In this document: positions 1 through 11,969 of the stretch, one piece after another
How the letters are laid out: every line of letters starts with the position of its first letter
How positions within the stretch are numbered: position 1 is the first letter of the stretch
Origin: Takakia lepidozioides
Taxonomy: Eukaryota > Plantae > Bryophyta
DNA length: 64,000 nucleotides
Reading direction: 5' to 3'
NCBI GenBank assembly: GCA_030704615.1
Contig: CM060732.1
Location: forward strand, 53,630,001 to 53,694,000
Translations under genes and position numbers: made by a program
The notes under the pieces: model-generated
What the model was told of the DNA's origin: nothing
Database searches by the model: none
What the model saw: only the letters and a program-made list of their open reading frames with translations

Positions 1-429
1 GCTTGCAGCTCTCTCTGCGGAGCGGGAGAGGGGAATGGAAGCACAACTGAAGAAGATAGTGGAACTCATGATGAGGCAAAAAGGGGGTGTGACGGGTGGC
101 ATTATGGAAGACCCCCTGCTGCGACCATTGTACCTGAGAAGAGGAAGTAATTGTAGTGGGTAGGGATGTGACAGAGGTCCAGCCTGTTGTTGATGATATT
201 CACAGTGGGGGGCAGGGTCCACTCGTTGAAGAGGGAGAGGTCCAGCGAGTTGGTGGGGATGACATGGACGATGGGGGGTCATTGCTCATTCTATCAAGGG
301 AAAAGGGGAAGCTGTAGGGGGAGAGGGTGGTAGTTTGCCTGGTCCAAGCTGCAGGGGACCGAAACTTTGCCCTCCGGGGTGACTGTTGTCTCCCAACCCA
401 CTGAGGTGAGACCCCGTGACACCCCTTCA

Positions 430-1000
430 AAAGCTCCTTTCATAGAAAAGTCGAAACTAATTGTTCTAGACCTGAACGGGATCTTGTGCCACTCTATTCC
501 TAACTTTCAGCCCAACCCGAGGCGTCATTGGCCATGGGTGTTGACCACCAACAAGTATGTTTTCCCAAGGCCCCAGGTCTGCGAGTTTTTAAAACCTTCT
601 CTTCCGGCATTTCTACGTTGGGATATGGTCCTGTGCTTCCAAGGGGAATGTTGCAGACGTCTTCAAAGTGGTGATGCAGGGGGTCAAGGGTTCTCCCCTC
701 TTTGTGTGGTCACAAGAGGAGTGTGACCCCTTGACAGAGCCACACCCCACAAAAGGGCCTGCCGTACAAAACTTACAGAAGAGACTGTCGAGGGTGGGTC
801 GGAATTTTCTGGATTTAACGAATCCAACACCCTCCTAGTGGATGATTCACCACACAAGGGGAGGGGGAACTCCCCTTTGAACATGGTCCATCCATTGTCG
901 TTTGATGTCACTAGCAATGTCAGTGAGGGGCCCGATTCAGAGTACCTTTTAGAAACAGTCTGGCCCTACTGCCAAGATTTGTTTTGCTCCAAGGATGTGC
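430..1000 (+). pseudogene. FCP1/NIF-like HAD phosphatase domain fragment, frameshifted
   Basis: KSKLIVLDLNGILCH (HAD motif I variant), YVFPRPQVCEFL, then after a frameshift near 595 HFYVGIWSCA, and later NTLLVDDSPHKG..NMVHP. This is the motif order of NIF/FCP1-family domains. Confidence 0.65.
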
Positions 1001-1865
1001 GTGTCTTCACAAGCACGCGGAAGCTGACCCCGACTGGCAGCTTGAATGTGGGAGAGGATGGGGTCGTTGGGGGAAGTACTTCTGCGCCCATGCAGGTGAA
1101 ACTAACCTTACTGTTTACAACATGACATCGATGGATAAGATATGTTTGTTTTGTTCCCCCCGGATGCCCTCTCACGCAAGGCTGGCACTATATGTTTTGC
1201 AGGGACCACATGTACAGGGAGTGGCAGTGGGGTCGTCTGTGAAGAAGGTGGGTCCTGCGCCAAGGACCATAGTGCTACGGCGGCAGCATTCCGGATTCCC
1301 CCCCGGCATGAGGAGGCAGGCTCCAAGGTATGGTTGTTCCCAGCCCCTCTCCGCAAACTTACTTGGTTGGTTTCCTGGATACACTTCCTGAAGCGTTGCA
1401 ATGTGTATTCATTGCAGGTGAGCAAGAGGAGTGGGCTGTCCCCGGCACCATCATCGCAGCAGGACGTGGTTCCCCAGGCATGCATTCATGGCTCCTTGCT
1501 TTGCCTGGCTGGTTTTTAGTAGGGTTTTTTTGCCAGGCGGTTGTAGTGTGCATGGTCTGAGCAGGGTGTAAGTTAGCTTGCTCCGTGGAGGTGTGTTTAT
1601 ACCATTGCAACCACCAGAGTTCATGTTATTCTTATCCGTCTGACTAAACCTCTTTTTGCTGCTGCAGTTGAAGACACGTGGGTAGCTTTCCTCAGTTGCC
1701 ACCCTCAGTGACGAGCTTCGCTTCAAGGTAGGTTGGTACACCATGAATTTGCTGCTGATTCAGTATTGTGGCAACCAAGATCGTTTCCATGCCCAGCTGC
1801 GCTTGACTTTCACCCTGTCATTGCTATGTTTGTTGCTGAGTGGACCCTAATGTTGGTGTCTGCAG

Positions 1866-2150
1866 ATATCAGATCCTGTGTTTCTCCTGAACCCCCATGA
1901 CAAGCGGTCAAAGACAGCCGCCGCCAAGGCGGAAGTGGTGGGAATAGCCGGGGTTGACAAGTTCCACTGCAAGGACATTCCATCCGGGTGGTACAAGGTG
2001 AAAGTCCACGAGATCATGCTTCCAAGTATTACACTGCCTTGCCCAAATGTGGACGATGCCCCCCCCCCCCAGACCACACTAGCGCACGTGAAAGGCACGG
2101 TGACTCTGTGGCCAGAGAAGAGTATGAGGAGGGGTGAAGGTATCAAGTGA
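1866..2150 (+). CDS. Terminal exon of a CACTA TnpA/Tnp1-like transposon protein
   Basis: AG acceptor at 1864-1865, then ISDPVFLLNP..FHCKDIPSGWYKVKVHEIMLPSITLPCPNVDD..TLAHVKGTVTLWP, resembling the C-terminal domain of En/Spm TnpA-like proteins. Lies just upstream of a TAGTG terminus. Confidence 0.55.
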   Translation: MSDPVFLLNPHDKRSKTAAAKAEVVGIAGVDKFHCKDIPSGWYKVKVHEIMLPSITLPCPNVDDAPPPQTTLAHVKGTVTLWPEKSMRRGEGIK

Positions 2151-2704
2151 CATTTCATGTTTGTAGTCCCTGTTGGGTGTGTAATGATACTCATAGAAGT
2201 GTGTATGATACTCACGTTACCAGTTTTGTACATTTGGGCCATGACAGTTTAAGTGATGTCCGGCAACCATGTATGTTGGCATTTAGTCTTGCTCATATGC
2301 AGGTGTGCCGTGACGGTCTCCAATTTGAATGCAATATTCCATTTCCTGACTTGTCGTCGTGTCCGTCCACCTTCTATGTGTATGTGTGATGGTCTTTGGT
2401 CTCCCTGTTGCCTCGTCTATTTGGTTCATTAGCGTGATGTTGTGCATGCATCGTGGTCTGTGTTCTGAGTGTCGCCCAGTATCATTGCTTCTCAATTCCC
2501 CCTGCATATGGGTGAACCACTAAAACCAGTAGAATGCATCAGAACCATATTTTCAGCTTAGAATGCAAGTCAGTTGGACAACTCACACAAACCACTACAA
2601 GTGCTCATTTGCAGTGCTTTCCTACTGTAGTGCAACCAACTAGCATAGTGGCAGCGGAGTTGGCCAAAGCAGTCCCGAGATGGCACAAGCACTCTGCGTC
2701 TTTC

Positions 2705-3253
2705 CACTAGCAGTTGTACCCCTCATTGCCATTGCGTGGGGACGACGCCACGCGTCGACCCACACACTCTCCACGTGGTCCCCGTGGATTCGTCTACCGG
2801 CAGTTGTGCAGTCGACTTCGCCAGTGGCTGTTGCCACGTGACATGCAGCACTCCAAGTTATGTGGCCGACTGCGATGTGGCGTCTTGAGCCCGTGGCCAT
2901 GCGGCGGCATTACCGCTCGTCGCGGCGCCGCCACATCGGCATCCACGTCCGCGTCCATGTGTCACCGCGCGCCCCAGGTGAGTCAGTCCACTCATCCGGA
3001 GGGAAAAGTCAAAGTCAGCTCAAACATCAGACACACGGGCGGCCCGCCTGGTTACGCCACGTGGTTCTTCAGCATTAATCGCATTAATCGCTGAGCAGTT
3101 GTTCGCGCGTTTACGTCCTTTACCACTCTAATCATTGGATGTCCAACCCAACTACCACGTCTGTTGTAACTTCCAGTCGATCCCTGTTTTTTGACTTTTA
3201 CGACTCAAAATGAGTCGTTACCCCAGTGGTAAATGACACGAATGCTTCTAGTG
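2705..3253. mobile_element. Possible short non-autonomous CACTA element
   Basis: Begins CACTAGCAG (2705) and ends CTTCTAGTG (3253); subterminal palindrome ACGACTCAAAATGAGTCGT near 3200. The 3-bp TSD does not match (TTC vs CAA). Confidence 0.3.
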
Positions 3254-3919
3254 CAAGGTGGCGGAGCGTGCAGAGAAGTTCATAGAGGCAAGTGATACTA
3301 TCGGCGTGGGTGGAGCAGATATCGACGTCACATCAGGTCCCCTTTATTCCACTTGTTCACAGATTTACCATGCATTTTAGTGACTGGTGGCTTCCTGTAC
3401 AGCAACCTCCAGTAGGTTGACTCTCGGTTCTCTTTTCTTCAACTCTTGCGTTACCCACTTTTCAAACTTTCTATACTTTATTAATAAAGTTTGACGCTCG
3501 ACCATCCAACAATTAAAAGAAATCTCAAAAGAAATGCTCCAGAAAGGAAACGTAAACGATTTTGGGGGCAGATTCTGCCTTTTTTGAGGCAAATTAAAAT
3601 GCAGAAGATCGACGCTCCAGCGCTGCATTCCTAATCGACAGTTTGACTTTTAATGGCTCATTATGGCCTGCAGCCAATCAGGGCCTCGCAGAATCTGCCC
3701 CCAAAATTCCTTTACGCCAGGGAACGCGCCCCCCTATGGCACCTAGTTCGTCCTAGGTTCTCACTAGGAGCCATAATGCACCCTAGGGGGCGCACAGAAA
3801 AACCAAAATTTGAAAGTATTTTCCTCTAATATTACTGTGAGCGAAGCCCCATGAGTCAGCGAATAGGATGTCCACGCCTCGCATTTTTTGGTCTGGCTCC
3901 CCACCAGAAAGAAGACGGC

Positions 3920-3982
3920 AATCAGCGACGCCGATACGTCGTTATGGCGACGCTAGGCGTCGTTAAACCCCCCTTTGCAGTG
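3920..3982. mobile_element. Possible CACTG-type right terminus
   Basis: GCGACGCTAGGCGTCGTTAAA subterminal palindrome followed by TTTGCAGTG; no partner end found. Confidence 0.25.
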
Positions 3983-4052
3983 TGGACATGCCCCCCTCCC
4001 CATTTGACTCATGGTCAGATACCTAGGTCAAAATTTTCCTGGAGGCTGAAAG

Positions 4053-4472
4053 GCCTCTCATTTTACAATAATTGGGACGTTATGGCGCACGCGCGAGCTG
4101 ACCGGTGGGCCCCGTGCACGGATGCCCGGCTCCCCCCACCCGGACCCCCCCCCGCCCGCCGCTGCGCGCGGTCACCCATCTGCTGCCACGGCCCCACCAG
4201 CCGCGCCCGCGGCAACCCGCCCCCAGTCCAGCGCGGCCAGTCCGCCGCCAGTCCACTGCCCGTGAGTCCAGTTCCCCTCAGTCCGCCAAACCGCCAGTCT
4301 GCCGGCCAGTCTGCTGTGCACGCCAGTCCACTGTGCCGTCCCCGCAAGTCCACCCAACAGTCTGCTGTGCCCGTCTGCTGCCCCCAAGTCTGCCAGTCTG
4401 CCAGTCCGCCAGTCCGTGCCGGCCGAAGGATCTAGATCGTCCATTCTGAGAAACCCATCCGCGCCATCCATG
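4053..4472 (+). repeat. Left TIR of the MULE (~420 bp, GC-rich)
   Basis: Reverse-complement match to 15819-16204, extending inward to CCATTCTGAGAAACCCATCCGCGCCATCCATG. Confidence 0.93.
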
Positions 4473-5793
4473 TTTAGGGCATGGAAGATCGTAACACCCT
4501 GCCACGAACTCGCCCACTCGTTGTTGTTGTCTCATTCTTGCGGCTCTTTGTTGTCCAATGTTGCGGAGGTGACTTTGCACACATGCGGCTGTTGTTCTTG
4601 TTTATGGCGATTTTAATGATGATAAAGGGTGTGCCTGAACATGAGAGGGCTGGTGGGGCTCTACAGCCACCATCATGCATATGCTTCCACTATTTTCGCC
4701 TTCGTTTTGTGCTGACGTCTTATTTTTTAGGACGATATGTGGAAAAATTGCATGCATTTACGGTTTGTGGTGTGTCTCCGAGTCCGAGCTCCTTCGTATG
4801 GAGCAGGAACCCATTGGTAACACGATAGCGGAAATCGCGGAAGCATATGCACGTGGGGGCGTGTATACATTGCATAATTTATGTCCACTGATGAGACTGT
4901 TCAGGGGAGGACGTCTTTGCCACCACATGTCTGGGAACTGCGGAGAGTGTGAACGGAACAAGATCCAGTCCGAAGGTCCTCAAACATCCAGATGCACCTC
5001 CTGAAACATCACATCTCGACCACTACCGTCTCCTTGAAAACCGGACAATGGGAAAGGAGACGTAGCCTGAGAGATGTGGATTCACGTTGCTTGTGGATGT
5101 TCGAGGTCCTTACGACTGCAAATGCGCGTGGATCAACAGGCTCTTCGACTGCGTCTTTGTCAATACTTTCTCTAAGCAGTGTGTTGTGCCATGAGTATGG
5201 GCATATGCAAGTCTGCTGGACGGATGAAATGCAACCACGGCATGATAGCGACGCCAAACGTGGTTCTGATGGGATATCAGTCTGGTCTGCTGGACTGTTG
5301 GTCTGTAAGGATACAAGTCTGGTGTGGCGTGAGTCTGTTCTTCACTGGACTACTAGGCCGTCACTACCTGCCGAATTTCGAAGTGTCTTCTCTCGTCTTA
5401 TCCCTGAAGTCTCTTCTCTCATCAGTCTGTTGAACCATTGGTCAGCTGGAAGTCCGTCTCTTTGGATATGAGTCCGTTTAACTACTACCTTTTAATTATC
5501 CACATTGCCGTGAGTCTGCTGAGCCGTCGGACTGCTGGTCTGTCTGTCTCTTCTGATATCAGTCAGCTGGACTGTCACAAAGTCAGTCTACTGTGGCGCA
5601 AGTCTATTTGCGCTGGGTCTGTTGAGCCGTGATTATTATCACGTGTAAGTCTGTTGGACGCGGTTTACGGTTTACTCCCGTATCACCCATTATTAAGGAC
5701 AAAGTGCAGCTAAACCGCCATTGTGTTGACACGAGTTGCAAAAACAAGCGCTATATCCCACTTGGCTTCAAGCCGTGGGCAGTTCAAAGTTCA

Positions 5794-8700
5794 ATGAGGG
5801 TGGTGAATGCGGCCACGGCCAGACTCCGTGGCGCAAACCCAAAGGCCCGCACTTTGGCGGAGGTGCGTGCACGGTATGGGGTGGGTTTGGATGTTTCAAT
5901 GCAAGATGTGCATGACCTAACATCGCCATCGCCTGTGGCTCCCAGAAAAAAGAAACTTAGTGATGGGGCCCAGAAGAAGGAAAGAGAAAAGGCTGCAAGG
6001 TCTGCTTGGGAGGCGAGGGCGAAATCTCAACAGCAGACTCGTCCCCAAGGCAGTCGGGAAGTGTCACGGGTTGTGCCAGGGAGACAGTCTACGCAGCAGA
6101 CGCAGACCATCAGTACTTTGAGTGAGAGCCAGTCTGCTGAGCCGTCTGCAGACATCATTCGGAATGATGAATTCGCAAGTCTGGGAGGTGTCTCATCTCC
6201 CGTCGACATTGTCTTGCCTGACCAGTTGAGGGTTCACGTGGACGAAGTCCAGTCGAAAGAGACTACCAGTGGAGTCTGTCCTGGCACATTGCGCCTCATA
6301 CCATTTGGGCTTCTCCCATCGGTGTGCCCACCAGTGCATGATCCAGACTTCTTCCGTTTTTTCTACAGTTTCGCCCAGTCCGGACAGCTCAGCAGATTCA
6401 TCCGAGCAGCGGAGGAAAATTGGTTGAGTTCCCTTGAAGATGAGGAGGACGTCTGTGTCAATGACGACGACGAGGTAATGCCCAGTCTGTCCCCACAGTT
6501 GGTGTCTGTTGTCATAGAGTCTGCTGGTTCAGTCTACCTGCTCGGTCTCGTCAGTCTGCTTGTGGACTTGCTGGTCAGTCCCATGCTTGTGGACTTACTG
6601 GTTAGTCCCCTGCTTGTGGACTTGCTCGTCAGTCCCTGGAGTCCGCTGGTTCCTTTGTTTTGTTCCACGATGCTGGTGAGTCTGCTGATGAGTCTGCTAG
6701 TGAGTCTGCTGCTAGTGAGTCTGATGCTGAGTTTTTGGGTTTTCTGTCATATACTAGGATGAACGAGCCAGTATTCGGAAGGCCTTGTGTGCTTGGCGGA
6801 CGGTGAGCTCCGACCCTCCTTTAGCAGTGAATGCGGTGCGCCAGGAAGTGGAGCGGGTGCGGGAGTACATCTTGTTCAAGTACCCTGGCTTAGCAGACGC
6901 CATAGCAGCACTGGACTCTGCAGACAAAGCACTCGCCAACTCCCTGGTCAACACCATACTCACTGCAGACTCGGTGGACACAGACCTCACCCAATCTGGC
7001 ATCCAGCAGACTCTTGCCCAACAGACTCTTTCCCACCAGACTCACAATCAGCGCAGTCTTGTCTAACACACTCCCATGTACCAGACTCTCGTCCAGCATA
7101 CTCCCATCCAGCAGACTGCCACCCAGAAGACACCCATCCACCACACTACTATCCAACGGACTCCCAGCCAGCAGACTCTCATTGTCACGACCACCACGGG
7201 ACTTTTTGGAGTTTGGCGCTCGCCATTGCCGCTCATTGATCCCAAAGCTGTGGACTTGACACTTGCCCGTCTGAGGGTGGGGGAAGTCAATGGCAATGTG
7301 GATTGGTTGGTGGCCTTTTGTTCCTTTTCATTATTCCATGGAATTTACTATGGCAGAAGCGAATGAAGTCCTTGAAAGCGCACATTCTGTGGCCCTGGCA
7401 GCCACGAAGGTCCAAAATGCCCCGCCACTGCTTGTCCAATTAATCCTCATGGATGACCCACGGCCTCAGGAACTCAGACATATGCCCATGGCACATCCCA
7501 CCTTTGGGGTGCGGGGAAAGCACTTGCTTGGAATTACTGAAGAGTACTTGATTTGCATTGCTTCTTTCCTTCACCATCGATGGATGCAGTTGGCAATTTC
7601 CGTTCATACAGTAAATTGGTAAAGGACCTGCAAAGTTTGAGGAAGTATTTGTTTCATTCAGATTCGGATGCGGGTAAGAAAAGTGTTGTGGATGAGGCGT
7701 TGCAATGGTTTGCTGCGGTAATGGAGCGAGCAGTGTTCGATATTGTGTTGAACAGACCGGATGTGTTCAAAGTCCTATGGTGCGGCTCCCCATTTGAAAA
7801 CCGCATGCCAGCGATTCGCCATCTCGATGGAGCATGCTTGGGACGCCAAATCCAAGATATTGGTCTCATTGGCAACCTCCTAGAAGGTAATGCCGACTTC
7901 TTCTGGACCGTTGTGAAGTTCATGGTTTTTTCTTCCACCATCCTGTCAGACTCACTTTGTCCAACTCATCTGTTTCAGGAATGTCCGATTTAGATGAGCA
8001 CGTGCAGTGTGCTTTCGATTCCCTTGCCAGATGTGCACGAGATGTTGTGCTGGCGTTACAGGGACTCCATGACACCGTTCAAAAGACTGCTGACGATGCC
8101 ATTGCTCAGCAAACTGATCCACTGCAACAAAAAGAGCATGGACAAACTGTCAACACTATCCCAACCACTGTTCAGGAGAGTGGGCGCACTACAGGCCACA
8201 CCGAGGACGAGGAGACTCATGAGCAGACCGGCAAACAGACTGAAGGACTGCCTCTGCACCAGACCTTGCAGCATACCGATGACGTCGCTGTCAAGCAGAC
8301 CGTCCACCATACCAATGAGCAGACCGGGCTGCAGACGGATGACCTGGCTGTGCACCAGCAGACTGTGCAACATACCATTGAGCAGACCGTCCAGCAGACT
8401 GAAAGCAGTCACCACAATGACAGTGCCCTGCAGACTGTCCAGCAGATTCACGACCACACTGACTCGGAGGACCCAACTACACTTCCTGTCCACCAGTCTG
8501 GATCCTGGCTCGTTGAACAGAGTCGGCTGCACTGGCCTCAACGGGAACCTGTCTCTGAATTTGTGGGGAGTTCTATCAGTGCATTGACGGAGTCTTCTTT
8601 TCCCGCCCGACCATCTTCACATATTGGCGCATCGTTTGAGGATATAAGCCGGGCACCGGTAAACCATTCTTCTCTAGTGACCCATGGCCTGCCAACTATT

Positions 8701-11063
8701 TCCATTCAGCTCAGCCCGGTTTTGGTTCGTTCGCTTGCGAAAGCTATAGATGATTGTTACGTGATTGATCGCAATATGGGAACTCAACCCCGTATCATTG
8801 ACCTTACTGAAGAACTAGACGATGTAGTTGCCGCGGATAATTTAGATGTCCGTGGTAGTCAAGCTTTTTCTGCATCAGACCCTGAAGACACAGTTGACTT
8901 GCAAGTTGATAGATTGATCCCCTCCCTGCAAGAGCAGACCGACCACAAGAGTGACCACCAGGCTGAATAGCAGACTGACCAGAGCAAAAACCAGACAGAG
9001 CACCAGACTGAGGACAGTGAGCAACAGACTGACGCTGAACATGGTCCTCTGAAGGAGGGCCAACATGCCGTTCGGCCTGCCCACGAGAGTGTCCACCAGA
9101 CTCGACAGCAGACTGACCAGAGCGGCGAGCAGACTGAGCACCAGACTGGCCAGACTGAGGACACTGAGCAGCAGACCGATGCCAAACATGGACAGACTAA
9201 GGGCCAACATGTCGTTCCCCCCGCACATGAGAGTGTCCACCAGACTCGACAGCAGACTGACCATAGCGGCGAGCAGACTGAGCACCAGGCTAACCGCTCT
9301 GAGCAGCACAGACTGACTGACGTTCAAGCAGGGGAGCAGTCTGCCCAGTCGCTTCCTTCCAATGACGCCGTACAGGTTGTGCCCTGCCGTCTTCCACCTC
9401 TGTGATTTCAGATTTATGTTCAATTTTTGTGTATTGACAGGATCTGTTGTACCTACACGACTTGAGGACACCGTTTCCCTCCCAGGCAATTCCACAACCC
9501 GCCAATGTTGCTCACGTTGGCTCCACAACCAGAAAAGGTGGCTTACTTACAACGCCAACAGATGCACGGATTAGTTCAACGCATGCGACCCGTGAGGCTG
9601 CCAATACAGGTCCTGCAAGTGTGAGCAAGCCTGCAGACACAACCGGCCACAGTAGTCGCCGAATCCCTGGGCACAAGTAGAGCAAAGAAGCGGACTGTCG
9701 TGGAGTAGACTCAAGAAATTCGGGAGGGTCCTGTTGCCAAGAAACCTGCGAAGAAAGACAAGTCCGCTGTCTTCATGAACAAGGACCGCAAAATGACATT
9801 GGATACGGACAATGAAGTGGTTCTTCAGCGAGAAATGCACCAGTGAGTAGTCCTCCAGTCTGCTGAGTCTGGTCCAGTCTGTCTGCTCAGAAGTGTGAGT
9901 CGGCTCAGTCCGCTCGGTCTGGTGAGTCTGGCGAGTCTGCTCAGTCCGCTCGGTATGGGCAGTCTGTTGAATGGAGTCAGTCCGCTCAGACCGTTGCGTA
10001 CATGGGTTTTCACACAAGGCCGTGGTCTGTGTGCAGGTTGGGTTCTCGTTTTGCCGCGGCCCTGCGACGGAATGTCGCGGCTGGCAATTGCATGGTTCAC
10101 TTTTATGAAGGCGACCCCCGGTATGAGTGCTCCATCGGGCCTCCGGACTTGAAGCCACTTGAGAAGGTGGAGTCGGAGTGCACAGATAGAATGCTGGAGC
10201 TGTGGTGTCGTTTCTATGAGAAGACGGTTGAAGACAAGTACTCAAGTACTGTTGCTCTTCTGCCAGCCTCAACGTGGTCTCGTATGATGACACATTGGGA
10301 CGGGCCACGGGAAAGGCTAGTGGAGTATCTGCATTCTTGCTGGAGCGTCCCTCGGCTCGGCAAAGACATAAAAGACTGCCATCATATAATCTTTCCGATT
10401 GTGGAGGAGTAAGATCTCGCATACCCAGTCTGTTCTGTCTTTTGAATGAGGACAGTCTGCTCGGTTTCTGCCCACTCAGCCCGAGTCTGCTCAATCTGCC
10501 GAGTCTGCCGAGTCTGCTCATTATGCCGAGTCTGGGGTGATGAGTCTTCTGAGTCTGTTGAGTCGTGACTCTGCCGAGTCGGCTGAGTGTAGTGGGACTC
10601 GTGCAGTGTGGGAGTCTGTAGAGTCTGCTGGAGAGGCAATTGGAGTGGTCTGCTGAGTGGACTGCTGCCGTGAGACTCATGAGATTCGTCTTGTAGGGCG
10701 CACTGGAGTGTAGTTGTCATCGACGTGCATAAAGGCTGCTACACTCACATGAACTCCATCGAGTCTTTGCATGGTTGCCCATATGTTTTGTCATGGATAC
10801 GGAAGCTGCATGCAGAGTGTTTAGGCTACAGTGTTGATTCACCGGGTTGGGAGGAGGTTAGGGCATTTCAGTTCAACCAGCCTGAAGTGCCCCAACAGCC
10901 ATTCAGCTGGGAATGCGGGTTTTATGTCATGTCCTTCATCCAAGGATATTATGAATGGCTACAAACTGGGCATACTCGAACCTCTTCTAAAAGGGCAGAG
11001 AGAGGAATACCTTTCACGAAACACTGGTTTACGTTCAAGTTTGTACTTGGCCAACGGATGTAG
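5794..11063 (+). pseudogene. Multi-exon MULE accessory gene: uncharacterised N-terminal region, Q/T-rich linker, C-terminal Ulp1-like (peptidase C48) domain; stops and frameshifts
   Basis: ATG 5794, donor 6475, next exon from 6758. Ulp1 exons ~10037-10408 (..DIKDCHHIIFPIVE) and 10697-11063 (AHWSVVVID..MNS..VPQQPFSWECGFYVMSFI). In-frame stops at 7064, 8968 and 9706; frameshifts near 7330 and 7570. Joining all exons into one gene is inferred. Confidence 0.75.
9060..9292 (+). repeat. Direct repeat with ~144-bp period inside the accessory gene
   Basis: GAGAGTGTCCACCAGACTCGACAGCAGACTGACCA.AGCGGCGAGCAGACTGAGCACCAG occurs at ~9086 and ~9230. Confidence 0.8.
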
Positions 11064-11969
11064 TGTCATAAGTACATCTTGACTGGTTTGAGTGCTGCTG
11101 AGAAAGCAATATCCTCATAGATATCCATCTGGGTCCAAGATTAGAGGTGCACCATATGACGCATTTTTCATGTAAGCATGCTTTTGAGCATTTGCAACGA
11201 AATAAAATATGACTTTGTATACACATCCTATTGGTCGCATATGAGTGCAGTGTGGCAGTAGTCGCTGTACATTTATGACCAATTCACTACATGTTGTTAA
11301 GCGGACTTACATCTGCACACACAATCATTTTGTTTAACATACCAAGGGAGTCCACTGGTCAGCAAACAGCCGAGAGTCAGCAGACTGCCAGAGTACGGGA
11401 AGAGGGTATGCCTAGGCTTGTGAGCAGACAGATGGCAATGTCGTCAGACTGATGAGAGTCCGACAGACTGAGGAGTCTGGCAGACTGGCAGATGCGATTG
11501 GGAACCATGAGTCTGCACTTGGTGAGCAGACTGTCGAGAGTCACCGGAGTGGTATAGTACAGGCGGATGGCATTGGCTAGTAGACTGCCAAGTCTGGTCA
11601 GCAGAATAATGAGAGTCCACCATGCTGAGAATGGCCAGTCTGATGGGCAGACCGCATAAGGCTCACTGGTCAGCCAGGTGCAGGCACGTTCAGAACCAGG
11701 AGACTGGTCTGCTCAGGAGAAGGCTGGCACAGCAGACTGTTTGAAGACTGAGTCCCAGCCTGGTACAGCATACTGGTTCAGATACCAGAAGAGTGGTTGA
11801 GCAGACTGGATCAGACGGTAGAAGACTGATTGAGCAGACTGGTTCAGACGCCAGAAGACTGGTTTACCAGGCTGGTTGGCAGGCAGGTTGGACGTCTGGT
11901 GCACATGCAATCGTACCGCCGAAATTTTATTTCATGGGGAGAATGATACTGTACCATTTATTACATTTC

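Larger units (their letters stand above)
1..2632 (+). mobile_element. 3' part of a CACTA (En/Spm) element; left end outside the window
   Basis: Ends in CCTACTGTAGTG at 2632 (reverse complement CACTACAGTAGG), with AACCACTA-type subterminal repeats at ~2510-2600, downstream of the TnpA-like exon. Confidence 0.5.

Noticed and set aside
3198-3253. Helitron 3' end (hairpin plus CTAG)
   Set aside because: The hairpin is ~30 nt from CTAG and AT-rich; it fits a CACTA subterminal repeat better.
3851-4580. Pro/Ser/Arg-rich ORFs, mirrored at 15558-16238
   Set aside because: GC-rich TIR sequence that lacks stops by composition.
6475-6762. Leu/Val/Ser-rich apparent transmembrane tail of the 377-aa ORF
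   Set aside because: Read-through into an AGTCTG-rich intron (GTAATG donor at 6475).
9571-10680. 369-aa minus-strand ORF
   Set aside because: Antisense to the Ulp1 exons and motif-rich introns; low complexity, no domain.
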